From Desulfatiglandales bacterium (GTDB lineage: Bacteria > Desulfobacterota > DSM-4660 > Desulfatiglandales > Desulfatiglandaceae), in the NCBI GenBank assembly GCA_963666345.1, contig OY762721.1:2496001-2560000 (forward strand): a DNA stretch of 64,000 nucleotides. The letters run 5' to 3'. Made by a program: the position numbers and the translations under genes. Shown here in pieces: positions 1 to 8,301 of this stretch. How positions within the stretch are numbered: position 1 is the stretch's first letter; each line of letters starts with the position of its first letter. The notes under the pieces are model-generated. The model worked only from the letters and a program-made list of their open reading frames with translations. It was not told the DNA's origin and did no database searches.

Positions 1-1
1 G

Positions 2-493
2 GCCGGGCTGTATGTCCTGGACAAATTGCCGCTAAGGCCAGGTGAAAGATATGTATTTGTTACTTCGCCCGGCAAGTGTGCTGCCGACGCCCTCCAGGTC
101 ATGTTGAATACCACCGCCGGAAAAGGCTCAGGTTATACAATGGCTATAGGCGGAGGATCACTTGCAGGGTATGAAAAGGACGGGGTTCGACCGCTGATCA
201 TTGCCATGCGTGTAAACAGTAAGGCTGACACCTGTGACGGCAGAGTGCTCGGTTTCAACTGGAACAAGGCCTATAGAGACACGGGCGTCAAGGCCGATGA
301 AATGTCACCAAAAGGCGGCCCCGGCAATCCGATATTCTGGATCTCAAGGACGAAGATGTCCCGTGAACTCGCCCGGCTGTCCAAGGGGGAAATGCTTGCC
401 TATATCAAGGACTTCAGGGCTTTTTCCGGAAATGCGGATTTGGTGGACCGGATAGCGGGCGGTGATCCTTACTCAGTTGTATGGAACCGGTAA
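2..493 (+). CDS. FmdE-family (formylmethanofuran dehydrogenase subunit E-like) protein, 5'-truncated by window edge
   Basis: Frame is open from base 2 (AGLYVLDKLPL...); 'KCAADALQVMLNTTAGKG' resembles the FmdE CxxDAxQ...T.GKG motif. Confidence 0.6.
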   Translation, partial: AGLYVLDKLPLRPGERYVFVTSPGKCAADALQVMLNTTAGKGSGYTMAIGGGSLAGYEKDGVRPLIIAMRVNSKADTCDGRVLGFNWNKAYRDTGVKADEMSPKGGPGNPIFWISRTKMSRELARLSKGEMLAYIKDFRAFSGNADLVDRIAGGDPYSVVWNR

Positions 494-512
494 CCTATCG
501 CATGTAAACAGA

Positions 513-543
513 GCCCGGGGCGAGTTCGGCAAACGCCCCGGGC
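513..543. other. GC-rich intergenic hairpin
   Basis: Perfect 10-bp inverted repeat gcccggggcg / cgccccgggc; no U-tract follows. Confidence 0.5.
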
Positions 544-568
544 GTTACAATGGATATAAGAGTTACAG

Positions 569-997
569 ATGAAACGTATTTGCGTGATAGACGGGCACGG
601 CGGGGGAATCGGAGCTACGATTCTGAAGGCCTTAAAGAAAAGATTCGGTGAAACAGTTGAAATGCTGGCTCTTGGGACAAACGCGCTTGCCACCTCCCAG
701 ATGCTGAAGGCCGGGGCAAACCGTGGTGCCACAGGGGAAAATCCCGTGATCCGTACCGTTGAGTTCGTAGATCTCATCCTTGGCCCGGTATCCATCACAT
801 GGCCGAATGCCATGATGGGGGAGGTTACAACACTCATGGCTCAGGCAATTACCTCAAGCCTTGCCCCAAAGGTCCTTATCCCTTTACACAGGGAGAATAT
901 CTTTCTGGTTGGCACAAGCAGGGAACCTCTGCCCCATCTGGTTGATACACTGCTTTATGACCATGTCGAGGAGATGTTGAAAGATGTACCGACTTGA
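569..997 (+). CDS. DUF3842 family protein
   Basis: N-terminal 'ICVIDGHGGGIG', 'ALGTNALATSQMLKAGANRGATGEN', 'NAMMGEVT'. Confidence 0.8.
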   Translation: MKRICVIDGHGGGIGATILKALKKRFGETVEMLALGTNALATSQMLKAGANRGATGENPVIRTVEFVDLILGPVSITWPNAMMGEVTTLMAQAITSSLAPKVLIPLHRENIFLVGTSREPLPHLVDTLLYDHVEEMLKDVPT

Positions 998-1070
998 TCT
1001 GTTTATGCCGTCAAATGGGTTTGGTCCCCTCATGTCTGGATTGAACGGTAAGGATGACCGCTTTTTGTTG

Positions 1071-1973
1071 TTAGGCGATTTCCGGCTCGGAGTGCACCGG
1101 TTCAATCCTCTTCCCACCTTTATCGAGGACCTCCTCCATTGCCCTGGGGATATGTCCTATGACCTCCATAACCTGAGATGCAGGGGTGGGGCGTGCGTAG
1201 TGTCCGGCCAGCCTGTTGATCCCGGCCGCCAGAATCGCAGCCTCCTTTGTCTTTATGCCTGAGGCGATAAGGGCCGAGACAATGCCCGTGAGACTGTCCC
1301 CTGTGCCGCCCATGGCCTCAAGCGCCTCATCTGCGGGACTGTCTATAACGGCATGAACACCCTTGTTTGAGGCAACATGATCCTGCCGTCCCTTTACAAG
1401 AAGATAGCGGGCCGCGTTTTCATGCTCATAGGCACGGCTGATGAGTTCGGGTACCTGATCTTCGTTGTGGAGAATAAAGCCTCGCGTGTAAAAGGGGTGG
1501 GGGGCCTCTTCGTCCGCCAGAAATGCCAGTTCTCCGGCGTCAGGCGTGAACAGTTCATATGCCTTTGACTGCCCGCTCATCTTGGCAGCGTACATGAACC
1601 CGGCGTCGGCTATCAGCAAGGGGGGGTGGCTTATATCCGCCAGGGCAAAAAGGACCTTGTTATGCCAGTCCACATCCGGTTGCAGGTAATGGAAGGTTAC
1701 GAACCTGAGTCCGGACCGTCCTATGCTATGGACCAAATGATCATACAGGAGACGACTGCCACGGCCCAGGCCGGTGTCTCCCACCAGATACCCCATTGGG
1801 GGGGCTAGACCCAGGACCTTACACGCCATGGCAGCTGCGGCCAGCAGGGCCGGTGTGCCCCGGTTCACAGGGACAGTCGTTTCGCCTATATGTATCCGTT
1901 CTTTTTCAAGCCTGACCCTGCCGCTTATAAGCGGGAAGTCCTTGTCAGGCACTGTTCCCACTATGCCGAGCAT
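1071..1973 (-). CDS. Ribokinase-fold / YjeF-C (NAD(P)HX dehydratase-like) protein of the selenium cluster
   Basis: 'VKG' and 'GGTGDSLTG' ribokinase anion-hole motif; likely start ATG 1973 (MLGIVGTVP) overlapping the DUF3343 stop. Confidence 0.7.
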   Translation of the reverse strand: MLGIVGTVPDKDFPLISGRVRLEKERIHIGETTVPVNRGTPALLAAAAMACKVLGLAPPMGYLVGDTGLGRGSRLLYDHLVHSIGRSGLRFVTFHYLQPDVDWHNKVLFALADISHPPLLIADAGFMYAAKMSGQSKAYELFTPDAGELAFLADEEAPHPFYTRGFILHNEDQVPELISRAYEHENAARYLLVKGRQDHVASNKGVHAVIDSPADEALEAMGGTGDSLTGIVSALIASGIKTKEAAILAAGINRLAGHYARPTPASQVMEVIGHIPRAMEEVLDKGGKRIEPVHSEPEIA

Positions 1974-2515
1974 TGTCTTTTCATCTCCTCGTAGGCTAAC
2001 TGAAGCGCGTATCCACATAGCGTGTGGCCGATTTCCCGGGGGCCGGGTGCATCGCTGAGGGATTTTCCGACCATTTCCTGCGCAAGATAGGGGACATCCG
2101 GGCAGCCGCCTCCCGAGACGTTCACGATGATCGAGGTCTCCTTATCAATAGTCAGTTTCATGTTGGCCGCCCGGACCATGAGGAACCGGCCAAAATCCTT
2201 AGTCTGAAAGAGATTTACGGGTCGCAGCAAGGGGCTGCTGACCGGGACCGTTTCCAGGGGCGCGACCTCCTCTTCCCGGAGCCTCCTCAGTATGTTCAGT
2301 TCTTCAATAAGGGGAAACTCGATGACCAGGTCGCAGCCGCTTCGTATCTCCGGCGGCGGCCCCATGACACGGATGTCCCATTCGCCGGCCTTGAGGATGG
2401 TCTCGGCCCTGATTACCTCACTGGTGTTTTCAAACACGAGGATCCCTCGATCAATGTTCAAGGTCTTCGAATCCGTTTCCGATTGATTTCGTTTGAAAAG
2501 TGTTAAGAATCCCAA
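1961..2515 (-). CDS. DUF3343 domain protein, extended Cys-containing form
   Basis: 'ILVFENTSEVIRAETILK...PPPEIRSGCDL' DUF3343 pattern; C-terminal extension with GGGCPD and TLCG; next to yedE/yedF. Confidence 0.75.
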   Translation of the reverse strand: MGFLTLFKRNQSETDSKTLNIDRGILVFENTSEVIRAETILKAGEWDIRVMGPPPEIRSGCDLVIEFPLIEELNILRRLREEEVAPLETVPVSSPLLRPVNLFQTKDFGRFLMVRAANMKLTIDKETSIIVNVSGGGCPDVPYLAQEMVGKSLSDAPGPREIGHTLCGYALQLAYEEMKRQCSA

Positions 2516-2533
2516 GCTTGATACCTCAGGTCA

Positions 2534-2752
2534 TTAATCCTTTGAAATGGTAATATTATATACTTCACCCTCCGGCCGGACGTCTTTCACCTGCCACCCT
2601 TTGCTCTCGGCCGCGCGGCTAACGTTCTCCCTGGAGGTGACCGTGTCCACCAGAATGGTGATCTCGCCTTTGCCCACAGCCTTGATTTCATCCATGGTCA
2701 TCAATACAGGTTGAGGGCAGGAAAGTCCTCTCGCATCAACTGTTGTGCTCAT
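2534..2752 (-). CDS. yedF: TusA/SirA-family sulfur/selenium carrier (YedF-like)
   Basis: 'VDARGLSCPQPV' CPxP motif, 72 aa, directly downstream of yedE. Confidence 0.85.
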   Translation of the reverse strand: MSTTVDARGLSCPQPVLMTMDEIKAVGKGEITILVDTVTSRENVSRAAESKGWQVKDVRPEGEVYNITISKD

Positions 2753-2753
2753 G

Positions 2754-3857
2754 TCAAATCCTCCTTGCGCTACTTTTTCTCATGGTGAAACCGATAAACA
2801 GGCAGACCAAAAGACCAATTATCACGGCTGCAATCCCGTGAGGACCTACGCCTTTCGGCGAACTTGCCAGGCCGAAGTTGTGGGCGAATCCGGCTCCAAC
2901 TATCATGCCAAGGACGAATACCGCCGAATCTCCATCACCCTCTCCGGCTAAGAAAAGCTGCCGTCCCGGACATCCTCCGGCCAGGGTAAAGGCCAATCCC
3001 GCCACAACCATGCCGCCAAAGTTCCATAAGTGCATTGTATGGGCAACCGGTTGTTTGACAAAGCCGGGGTGAAATTGTCCCACGATAAGGTTCGTGACAA
3101 ACGCAAAAACCACTAAGGCGAGGAGTCCCATAAAGAGATGGGCCTGCCGGAACAGGATCAGGTCCCGGAAGGCGCCCATTGTACAGAAACGGCTCCTTTG
3201 GGCCAGAAACCCTATTGCAAGGCCCACGATCAGGGAAATATTTATTGCTGCGTGCATGGCACCCGGTCCCTTGAGACTGTAAAAAAGTATACCGCTTTTT
3301 GCCTGTCCCCGGATCTGGGGATAGATGAGCATGAGAATGAAAAAACCGATCAAGGTCAAGGGAAGCAGCCAGCCTGCAGAGGTATAGGTCGCATGGGTCC
3401 TGCCGAGGTTATATCCGTTTTTTAGAAACCTGGTGCCGATCCAGATCCCGAAGATGAGCCCTGCAAGGCCCAGAATGGCATTTGCGTCTCCGCCTGCAAG
3501 CCTTAACAGCGCACGCCACGGGCATCCCAAAAAGACCAGCGCACCTATCATGGCAAAGGCCCCGAGCACGAACCTTACGATCGGGGCTGACCCGAGCCTG
3601 GGCCTGAATTCCCTGAAAAGGTAGGCTGCAATGAGTGAGCCGAGCACAAAGCCTATGATCTCGGGCCGCATGTACTGAACCACCCCGGCCCTGTGGAGTC
3701 CGAGTGCGCCGGCTATGTCCCTTTCAAAGCAGGCAACGCAGATTCCCATGTTGCCCGGATTGCCCCAGTTTTGAAGCAGGGAGGCAAATACCCCGATAAA
3801 TGCCCCTACCCCTATGATCCCCCATTTTGTCGCGAAGATGTTCTTTAAATGTGTCAT
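2754..3857 (-). CDS. yedE: YedE-family putative selenium transporter
   Basis: Multi-TM protein with 'GNPGNMGICVACFERD', 'FLGCPWR', 'QRSRFCTMG', 'AGGCPGRQ'; SD GGAGG at 3866-3870. Confidence 0.9.
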   Translation of the reverse strand: MTHLKNIFATKWGIIGVGAFIGVFASLLQNWGNPGNMGICVACFERDIAGALGLHRAGVVQYMRPEIIGFVLGSLIAAYLFREFRPRLGSAPIVRFVLGAFAMIGALVFLGCPWRALLRLAGGDANAILGLAGLIFGIWIGTRFLKNGYNLGRTHATYTSAGWLLPLTLIGFFILMLIYPQIRGQAKSGILFYSLKGPGAMHAAINISLIVGLAIGFLAQRSRFCTMGAFRDLILFRQAHLFMGLLALVVFAFVTNLIVGQFHPGFVKQPVAHTMHLWNFGGMVVAGLAFTLAGGCPGRQLFLAGEGDGDSAVFVLGMIVGAGFAHNFGLASSPKGVGPHGIAAVIIGLLVCLFIGFTMRKSSARRI

Positions 3858-3889
3858 GCTGTTTTCCTCCAGGTAGTGTGATAATTCAG

Positions 3890-3924
3890 AGGCGCGCGGA
3901 TTTAAGAATCCCGCGCCGCCTTTT
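3890..3924. promoter_or_regulatory. Strong hairpin in yedE leader
   Basis: About 13-bp GC-rich stem with two bulges (aggcgcgcggatt-taag-aatcccgcgccgcct); U-tract only on the + strand. Confidence 0.55.
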
Positions 3925-4013
3925 CATGTTTCAGGATTAAAAATAGTCAGAAGAAGGAATGATGAACTGTTGATTTTTTTTAAGGAAAGTCGATTTTTCA
4001 GCCTCACCCTGGA

Positions 4014-4073
4014 CTACCTAACCCTGGCAGATATTTTTCAATGTGTTCAGGTAAAGCCGAAAAATTGATACAT
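4014..4073 (-). other. Candidate leader uORF MYQFFGFT-U-TH-U-KISARVR with two in-frame UGA codons
   Basis: ATG 4073, SD-like GGGAG at 4081-4085, TGA at 4047-4049 and 4038-4040, TAG at 4014-4016; G-rich-loop hairpins follow. Confidence 0.4.
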
Positions 4074-4098
4074 GCGTGAACTCCCGGCGGTAATAATC

Positions 4099-4160
4099 TT
4101 GACGGCTTCGCAAAGAGGCCGACTGCCCTGCCTTTGGAAATTTCTACCTCGCCGTCTGAA
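4099..4160. repeat. Degenerate, internally deleted copy of the MITE at 34511
   Basis: ttgacggcttcgcaaagag resembles ttgacggctttgtagaaag, and gccctgcctttggaaatttctacctcgccgtct resembles gccttgcatttgaactttctactgtgccgtct. Confidence 0.55.
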
Positions 4161-4176
4161 GCTTGGTTCGGGTAGA

Positions 4177-4205
4177 GGAATACAGGCTGTATGCCGATTT
4201 GTCAA
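4177..4205 (-). promoter_or_regulatory. Possible sigma70 promoter of the yedE operon
   Basis: TTGACA-17 nt-TATTCC; perfect -35, weak -10. Confidence 0.35.
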
Positions 4206-4363
4206 ACTGGAAATTCCGATAGCCACTACGCCTTTTTTAGGAATAGCCGATTGTGCTTAAAAGGTTTTCCGTTCGGTTCCGGCTGTATTTTTGAGATGCC
4301 ATCTGGTATTTATGATACTTACTGTCTTGAAGATCGACGGTCCACTTTAAAGGAGAACCATAG

Positions 4364-5251
4364 ATGAAACCTCAACGCTCCAGCCTCTATGTCCCGGGCA
4401 ATAAGGCCGCCTGGATCGAGAAGGCGACGGATTACGGCGCGGACGGCCTTGTACTGGATCTGGAGGATTCCGTACCTGTCAAGGAAAAGGCCCAGGCCCG
4501 CCTCATGGTCAAAGAGGGACTCAGGGCCCTGAAGGAAAAAGGGCAGGAATTCAGCGTACGAATAAACGGGCTTGCCACAGGGTTTGCGCGGGATGATCTG
4601 GAAGCCGTCGTCTGTCCGGAACTTGAAAGTGTCCTTTTGCCCAAGGTTGAGACGGTCGATGACATGAAAGAGCTGGACCTATTGCTGAGCCGGCTGGAAA
4701 GACGCCGCGATATGAAGCCGGGGGCCATAGAGACTCCTCTTGTGCTTGAAACCGCCAGGGCCATGCGCTCTGCCTATGATATATGCGTCGGCTGCCCGCG
4801 GGTGACAGGCGTAACCCTGGCCGCGGGCCCGGGCGGGGACGCCGGCAGATCGGTCGGATATGTCTGGTCAAAAGAGGGAACAGAGACTTTGTATATTCGC
4901 TCAAAGGCGGTGCTTGATGCCAGGGCCGCCGGAATCGACTATCCGCTCATCAGTTCCTGGTGGGATGTAGAGGATCTTGAAGGCCTGAGAAAGGACGCCA
5001 CGCTCAATCGAAGTCTCGGATTCAGGGGCCAGCAGGTCATGCACCCAAGTCACGTTCCGGTGGTAAATGAGGTGTTTACGCCCACTTCCGATGAGCTCTC
5101 TTTCTGCAAGGGGGTCATAGAAGCCGTGAAAGAGGGTGAAAAGGAGGGTAAGGCCGCTGTGAACTATAAGGGAGACATGATCGATTACGCCATGTCGAAG
5201 ACCGCCCGGCAGATGCTTGAATTCGCGCGATCGATCGGGCTAAAGGTTTAA
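4364..5251 (+). CDS. CitE/HpcH-family CoA-ester lyase
   Basis: 'RSSLYVPGN', 'LDLEDSVP', 'SVRING', 'LPKVE', 'HPSHVPVVNEVFTP', 'GDMIDYA'. Confidence 0.85.
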   Translation: MKPQRSSLYVPGNKAAWIEKATDYGADGLVLDLEDSVPVKEKAQARLMVKEGLRALKEKGQEFSVRINGLATGFARDDLEAVVCPELESVLLPKVETVDDMKELDLLLSRLERRRDMKPGAIETPLVLETARAMRSAYDICVGCPRVTGVTLAAGPGGDAGRSVGYVWSKEGTETLYIRSKAVLDARAAGIDYPLISSWWDVEDLEGLRKDATLNRSLGFRGQQVMHPSHVPVVNEVFTPTSDELSFCKGVIEAVKEGEKEGKAAVNYKGDMIDYAMSKTARQMLEFARSIGLKV

Positions 5252-5267
5252 GCGACGGGTAAAAAAA

Positions 5268-6530
5268 GTGAGTTATACTGAAAAATCTCTGCGTTTGCGG
5301 ATATCGGAATTCCTCGGTCTTCAAAGAAGCACCGTGGGCGTGCTGGCAATGGTTGTGCTTGTCGGAATGGGCGAGAGGATGGCCGAGCGTTTTCTGCCCA
5401 TATATTTGATGGCCCTGGGCGGGGGCGCACTGTCCATAGGGCTTTTAAACGGGCTGGATAACCTCTTATCCGCGCTCTATTCATTCCCCGGCGGGTACCT
5501 GTCGGACAGGCTGGGCACCAAGCGGGCCCTGCTGGTCTTTAATTCGGTCGCAATGACGGGCTTTATCATCGTCATCCTTATACCGGCATGGCAGGCGGTG
5601 ATCGTGGGGGCGATCTTTTTTCTTTCCTGGACCGCCGTGTCTCTTCCAGCCACCATGAGCCTAATAGCGAGAGTCCTGCCGTCGAACAAACGGACCATGG
5701 GAGTATCCATGCATTCCCTGGTAAGAAGGATCCCGATGGCCCTGGGGCCGATCCTCGGCGGCGTATGCATAGGCCTGTGGGGGGAGAAAAACGGGGTCAG
5801 GGCGGCATTTGCGGCAGCCCTTTTCATGGTCCTTCTGGCGACATTACTTCAGCAGATACTCATTGAAGACGATGCGCCGGAATCAAAAGGTGACAACCGG
5901 GCTGCAAAACCTGAAAAAAGCCCGCTCAGGCTTTTTCATATGATGCATCCTTCTCTTAAACGGCTTCTGGTGTCAGACATCCTGGTGAGGTTCTGCGAAC
6001 AGATTCCTTATGCCTTTGTTGTGGTGTGGTGCATGAAGACCATTGATGCTCCTGTGTCCGCAGTGCAGTTCGGGGCCTTGACCGCAGTTGAGATGACTAC
6101 CGCCCTTCTCATCTACATCCCTGTTGCCTATCTGGCGGACAGGGGCACGAAGAAGCCTTTTGTGGTAATCACCTTCTCCTTTTTCACCCTCTTTCCCCTG
6201 GTGCTGCTGTTCTGTGATTCCTTTTTCTGGCTTGTGGGAGCCTTTATACTCAGGGGGTTCAAGGAATTCGGTGAGCCGACCAGGAAGGCCCTTATCATGG
6301 ATCTTGCGCCTCAAGATCGCAAGGCGGCCATGTTCGGCCTCTATTACCTTATGCGGGACGTGGTGGTGTCCTTCGCAGCCTTTGGGGGGGCGTTTCTGTG
6401 GCTGATTTCCCCTTCGGTAAATTTTCTCACCGCGTTTTCGTGCGGGCTTGCAGGAACAGTAGGTTTTGCCTTTTGGGGAAGCGATCTAAATGGCAGGGAT
6501 TCCAGGATGTTGAAGGACACGTTATCGTAA
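5268..6530 (+). CDS. MFS transporter
   Basis: About 12 hydrophobic segments; motif A 'GGYLSDRLGTKR'. Confidence 0.85.
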   Translation: MSYTEKSLRLRISEFLGLQRSTVGVLAMVVLVGMGERMAERFLPIYLMALGGGALSIGLLNGLDNLLSALYSFPGGYLSDRLGTKRALLVFNSVAMTGFIIVILIPAWQAVIVGAIFFLSWTAVSLPATMSLIARVLPSNKRTMGVSMHSLVRRIPMALGPILGGVCIGLWGEKNGVRAAFAAALFMVLLATLLQQILIEDDAPESKGDNRAAKPEKSPLRLFHMMHPSLKRLLVSDILVRFCEQIPYAFVVVWCMKTIDAPVSAVQFGALTAVEMTTALLIYIPVAYLADRGTKKPFVVITFSFFTLFPLVLLFCDSFFWLVGAFILRGFKEFGEPTRKALIMDLAPQDRKAAMFGLYYLMRDVVVSFAAFGGAFLWLISPSVNFLTAFSCGLAGTVGFAFWGSDLNGRDSRMLKDTLS

Positions 6531-6584
6531 GTTAAGGGGCTTAAGCGAATAGCTCTTTTATTAAAGGTCAATGCGCGGGGGGCC

Positions 6585-6842
6585 CTATTCAGGGGGAAGG
6601 TCTTCTTTTTTAAGTGCTTCGGCGATTGCGTAGCCTTTGGGGGTAAGAAACGCGCCTGTTTTGTAATCGTTGAGCCCCACGAGGCCCTCCGCGTAAAGTC
6701 CTCTTACCGTTATAAGGGTTTGGGCCGGAGCCATGGGAAGCGCCCCTGTCAGGTCAAACAGGTCCATGATTTCAGGAGGCCCGCTTGGGTTCCATTTTTT
6801 GACCAAAAGGGCCAGCACCTTTTTTTCCTTTTCGTTTATCAT
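6585..6842 (-). CDS. Small hypothetical protein, possible winged helix
   Basis: 85 aa; '...LYAEGLV...FLTPKGY' resembles a wHTH wing. Confidence 0.5.
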   Translation of the reverse strand: MINEKEKKVLALLVKKWNPSGPPEIMDLFDLTGALPMAPAQTLITVRGLYAEGLVGLNDYKTGAFLTPKGYAIAEALKKEDLPPE

Positions 6843-7032
6843 CAGATTCTCTCGATATTATTTTTCCTTTTTGCAGCAAAGTCCTCCCAATACCATCTTT
6901 TGCCTGGATGTCAAGGGAATATAAACATCAAGATTATCAATCGCTAGGCTGGATACCCTCGCTTTGGGAGACTGCCTGCTAATTTTTACGCTCTTTTTGT
7001 GTTGACAAAACAGCCAATTTGCAACAAAAATC

Positions 7033-7074
7033 AATGTTGACTTTTCTATATATTTTCTATATTATGTCAACATT
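7033..7074 (+). promoter_or_regulatory. sigma70 promoter framed by an inverted repeat (candidate XRE operator)
   Basis: TTGACT(7037)-17-TATTAT(7060); aatgttgac (7033-7041) / gtcaacatt (7066-7074). Confidence 0.65.
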
Positions 7075-7095
7075 AATTTTAGGAGAGCGGCTATC

Positions 7096-8301
7096 ATGAT
7101 TAATGAGAGAATAAAGCAAGCAAGGCTTTTGTCAGGCATGACTCAAAGTGAGGTAGTATCTAAGCTTGGAGAGCATGGGATAAAACTAACTAAAGGTGGA
7201 TTGTCTAAATATGAACGGGGAGGAAGTGTCCCATCTACTGGAGTATTGTTAAAATTAGCTAATGTTCTTTCTGTTAAAACGAATTACTTTTTTGAAGATC
7301 CGAGCATTAAAATCCAATGGTTGGCCTATCGTAAACACGTAAGTTTAGGGAAGAAAAGACAAGAACAGATTCAGGCATTTGCTGCTGAAGTACTAAATGG
7401 ACAGCTTTGGCTCCAAGAAAAACTCTACCCAAATGATATTCCTTCTTTTCCTAAACGAGAGAAAGTAAAAACGTTTAACGCTGCGGAAAATACGGCGGCT
7501 AAATTAAGAAATCACTGGAACCTTAGTGATACAGCTATTGAGAGTTTAACCGGAATAATAGAAGACAGGGGCGGGGTTGTTATAAACTATCCATATGATA
7601 ATAAGGATTTCCAGGGTTTTTCAGGGTGGGCAAATAAGAAATATGCTGTTGCTGTAGTCTGTGGTCAATCTCCAGTTGATAGATGTCGTCTTAGCCTGGC
7701 ACATGAACTTGGTCATCTTATGATGGACAATCAGGAAGTGGATCCAAAATATGAAGAAAAATTGACATATAGGTTTGCGGCGGCTTTTATTGTTCCTTCA
7801 TCTGTCGCTTTCCGTGAACTGGGGGAGCATCGAAGGCGCTTGTCTTTTCAAGAATTATCTATGCTTAAACGTAAACATGGTCTAAGCATGCAAGCGTGGA
7901 TTCGAAGGGCTTTTGATTTGGGTATTATTAAAGAGGGGCATTATAGATCTCTTAACATTGAATTAAGATCAAGAGGTTGGCATAAAAAAGAGCCTATAGA
8001 ATATAATGGTGAAGAATTACCAAGCAAATTAAAACAGATGACACTTAGGGCTTTATCAGAGGGTATCATTACGCCTATTAAGGCAGAAGAACTTTGTCCA
8101 GGTTGCAAAAATGATATTCAGCTTCCTGCCGGAGATGAGCCTATGTTATATCGTTCAGCGATAGATGCAATGAATTTACCTAAAAAGGAACGCGAGAGCC
8201 TTTTGGAAGAATCTGCATTGTTAGCCGAGAAGGTATATTCGGAGAATCCAGAGCTTTATAACTTTAGGGCATTAGGCGACGAGGATTGGGTAGATGACTG
8301 A
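7096..8301 (+). CDS. XRE-family HTH fused to ImmA/IrrE metallopeptidase, with acidic C-terminal extension
   Basis: 'RIKQARLLSGMTQSEV...LSKYERG...P' HTH; 'LSLAHELGHL' HExxH; SD AGGAG. Confidence 0.9.
   Translation: MINERIKQARLLSGMTQSEVVSKLGEHGIKLTKGGLSKYERGGSVPSTGVLLKLANVLSVKTNYFFEDPSIKIQWLAYRKHVSLGKKRQEQIQAFAAEVLNGQLWLQEKLYPNDIPSFPKREKVKTFNAAENTAAKLRNHWNLSDTAIESLTGIIEDRGGVVINYPYDNKDFQGFSGWANKKYAVAVVCGQSPVDRCRLSLAHELGHLMMDNQEVDPKYEEKLTYRFAAAFIVPSSVAFRELGEHRRRLSFQELSMLKRKHGLSMQAWIRRAFDLGIIKEGHYRSLNIELRSRGWHKKEPIEYNGEELPSKLKQMTLRALSEGIITPIKAEELCPGCKNDIQLPAGDEPMLYRSAIDAMNLPKKERESLLEESALLAEKVYSENPELYNFRALGDEDWVDD

Noticed and set aside
3890..3924. Hairpin as transcription attenuator of yedE
   Set aside because: The U-tract is on the + strand only; on the yedE strand it is followed by CUGAAUU
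4072..4260. 62-aa + strand ORF and a 'ggtagagg' lysine-riboswitch-like start
   Set aside because: The ORF overlaps a MITE remnant and lacks an RBS or motif; the other lysine riboswitch elements are absent
6940..6965. att duplication of the tRNA-fMet 3' end
   Set aside because: Only an 8-nt match (ggctggat); insufficient
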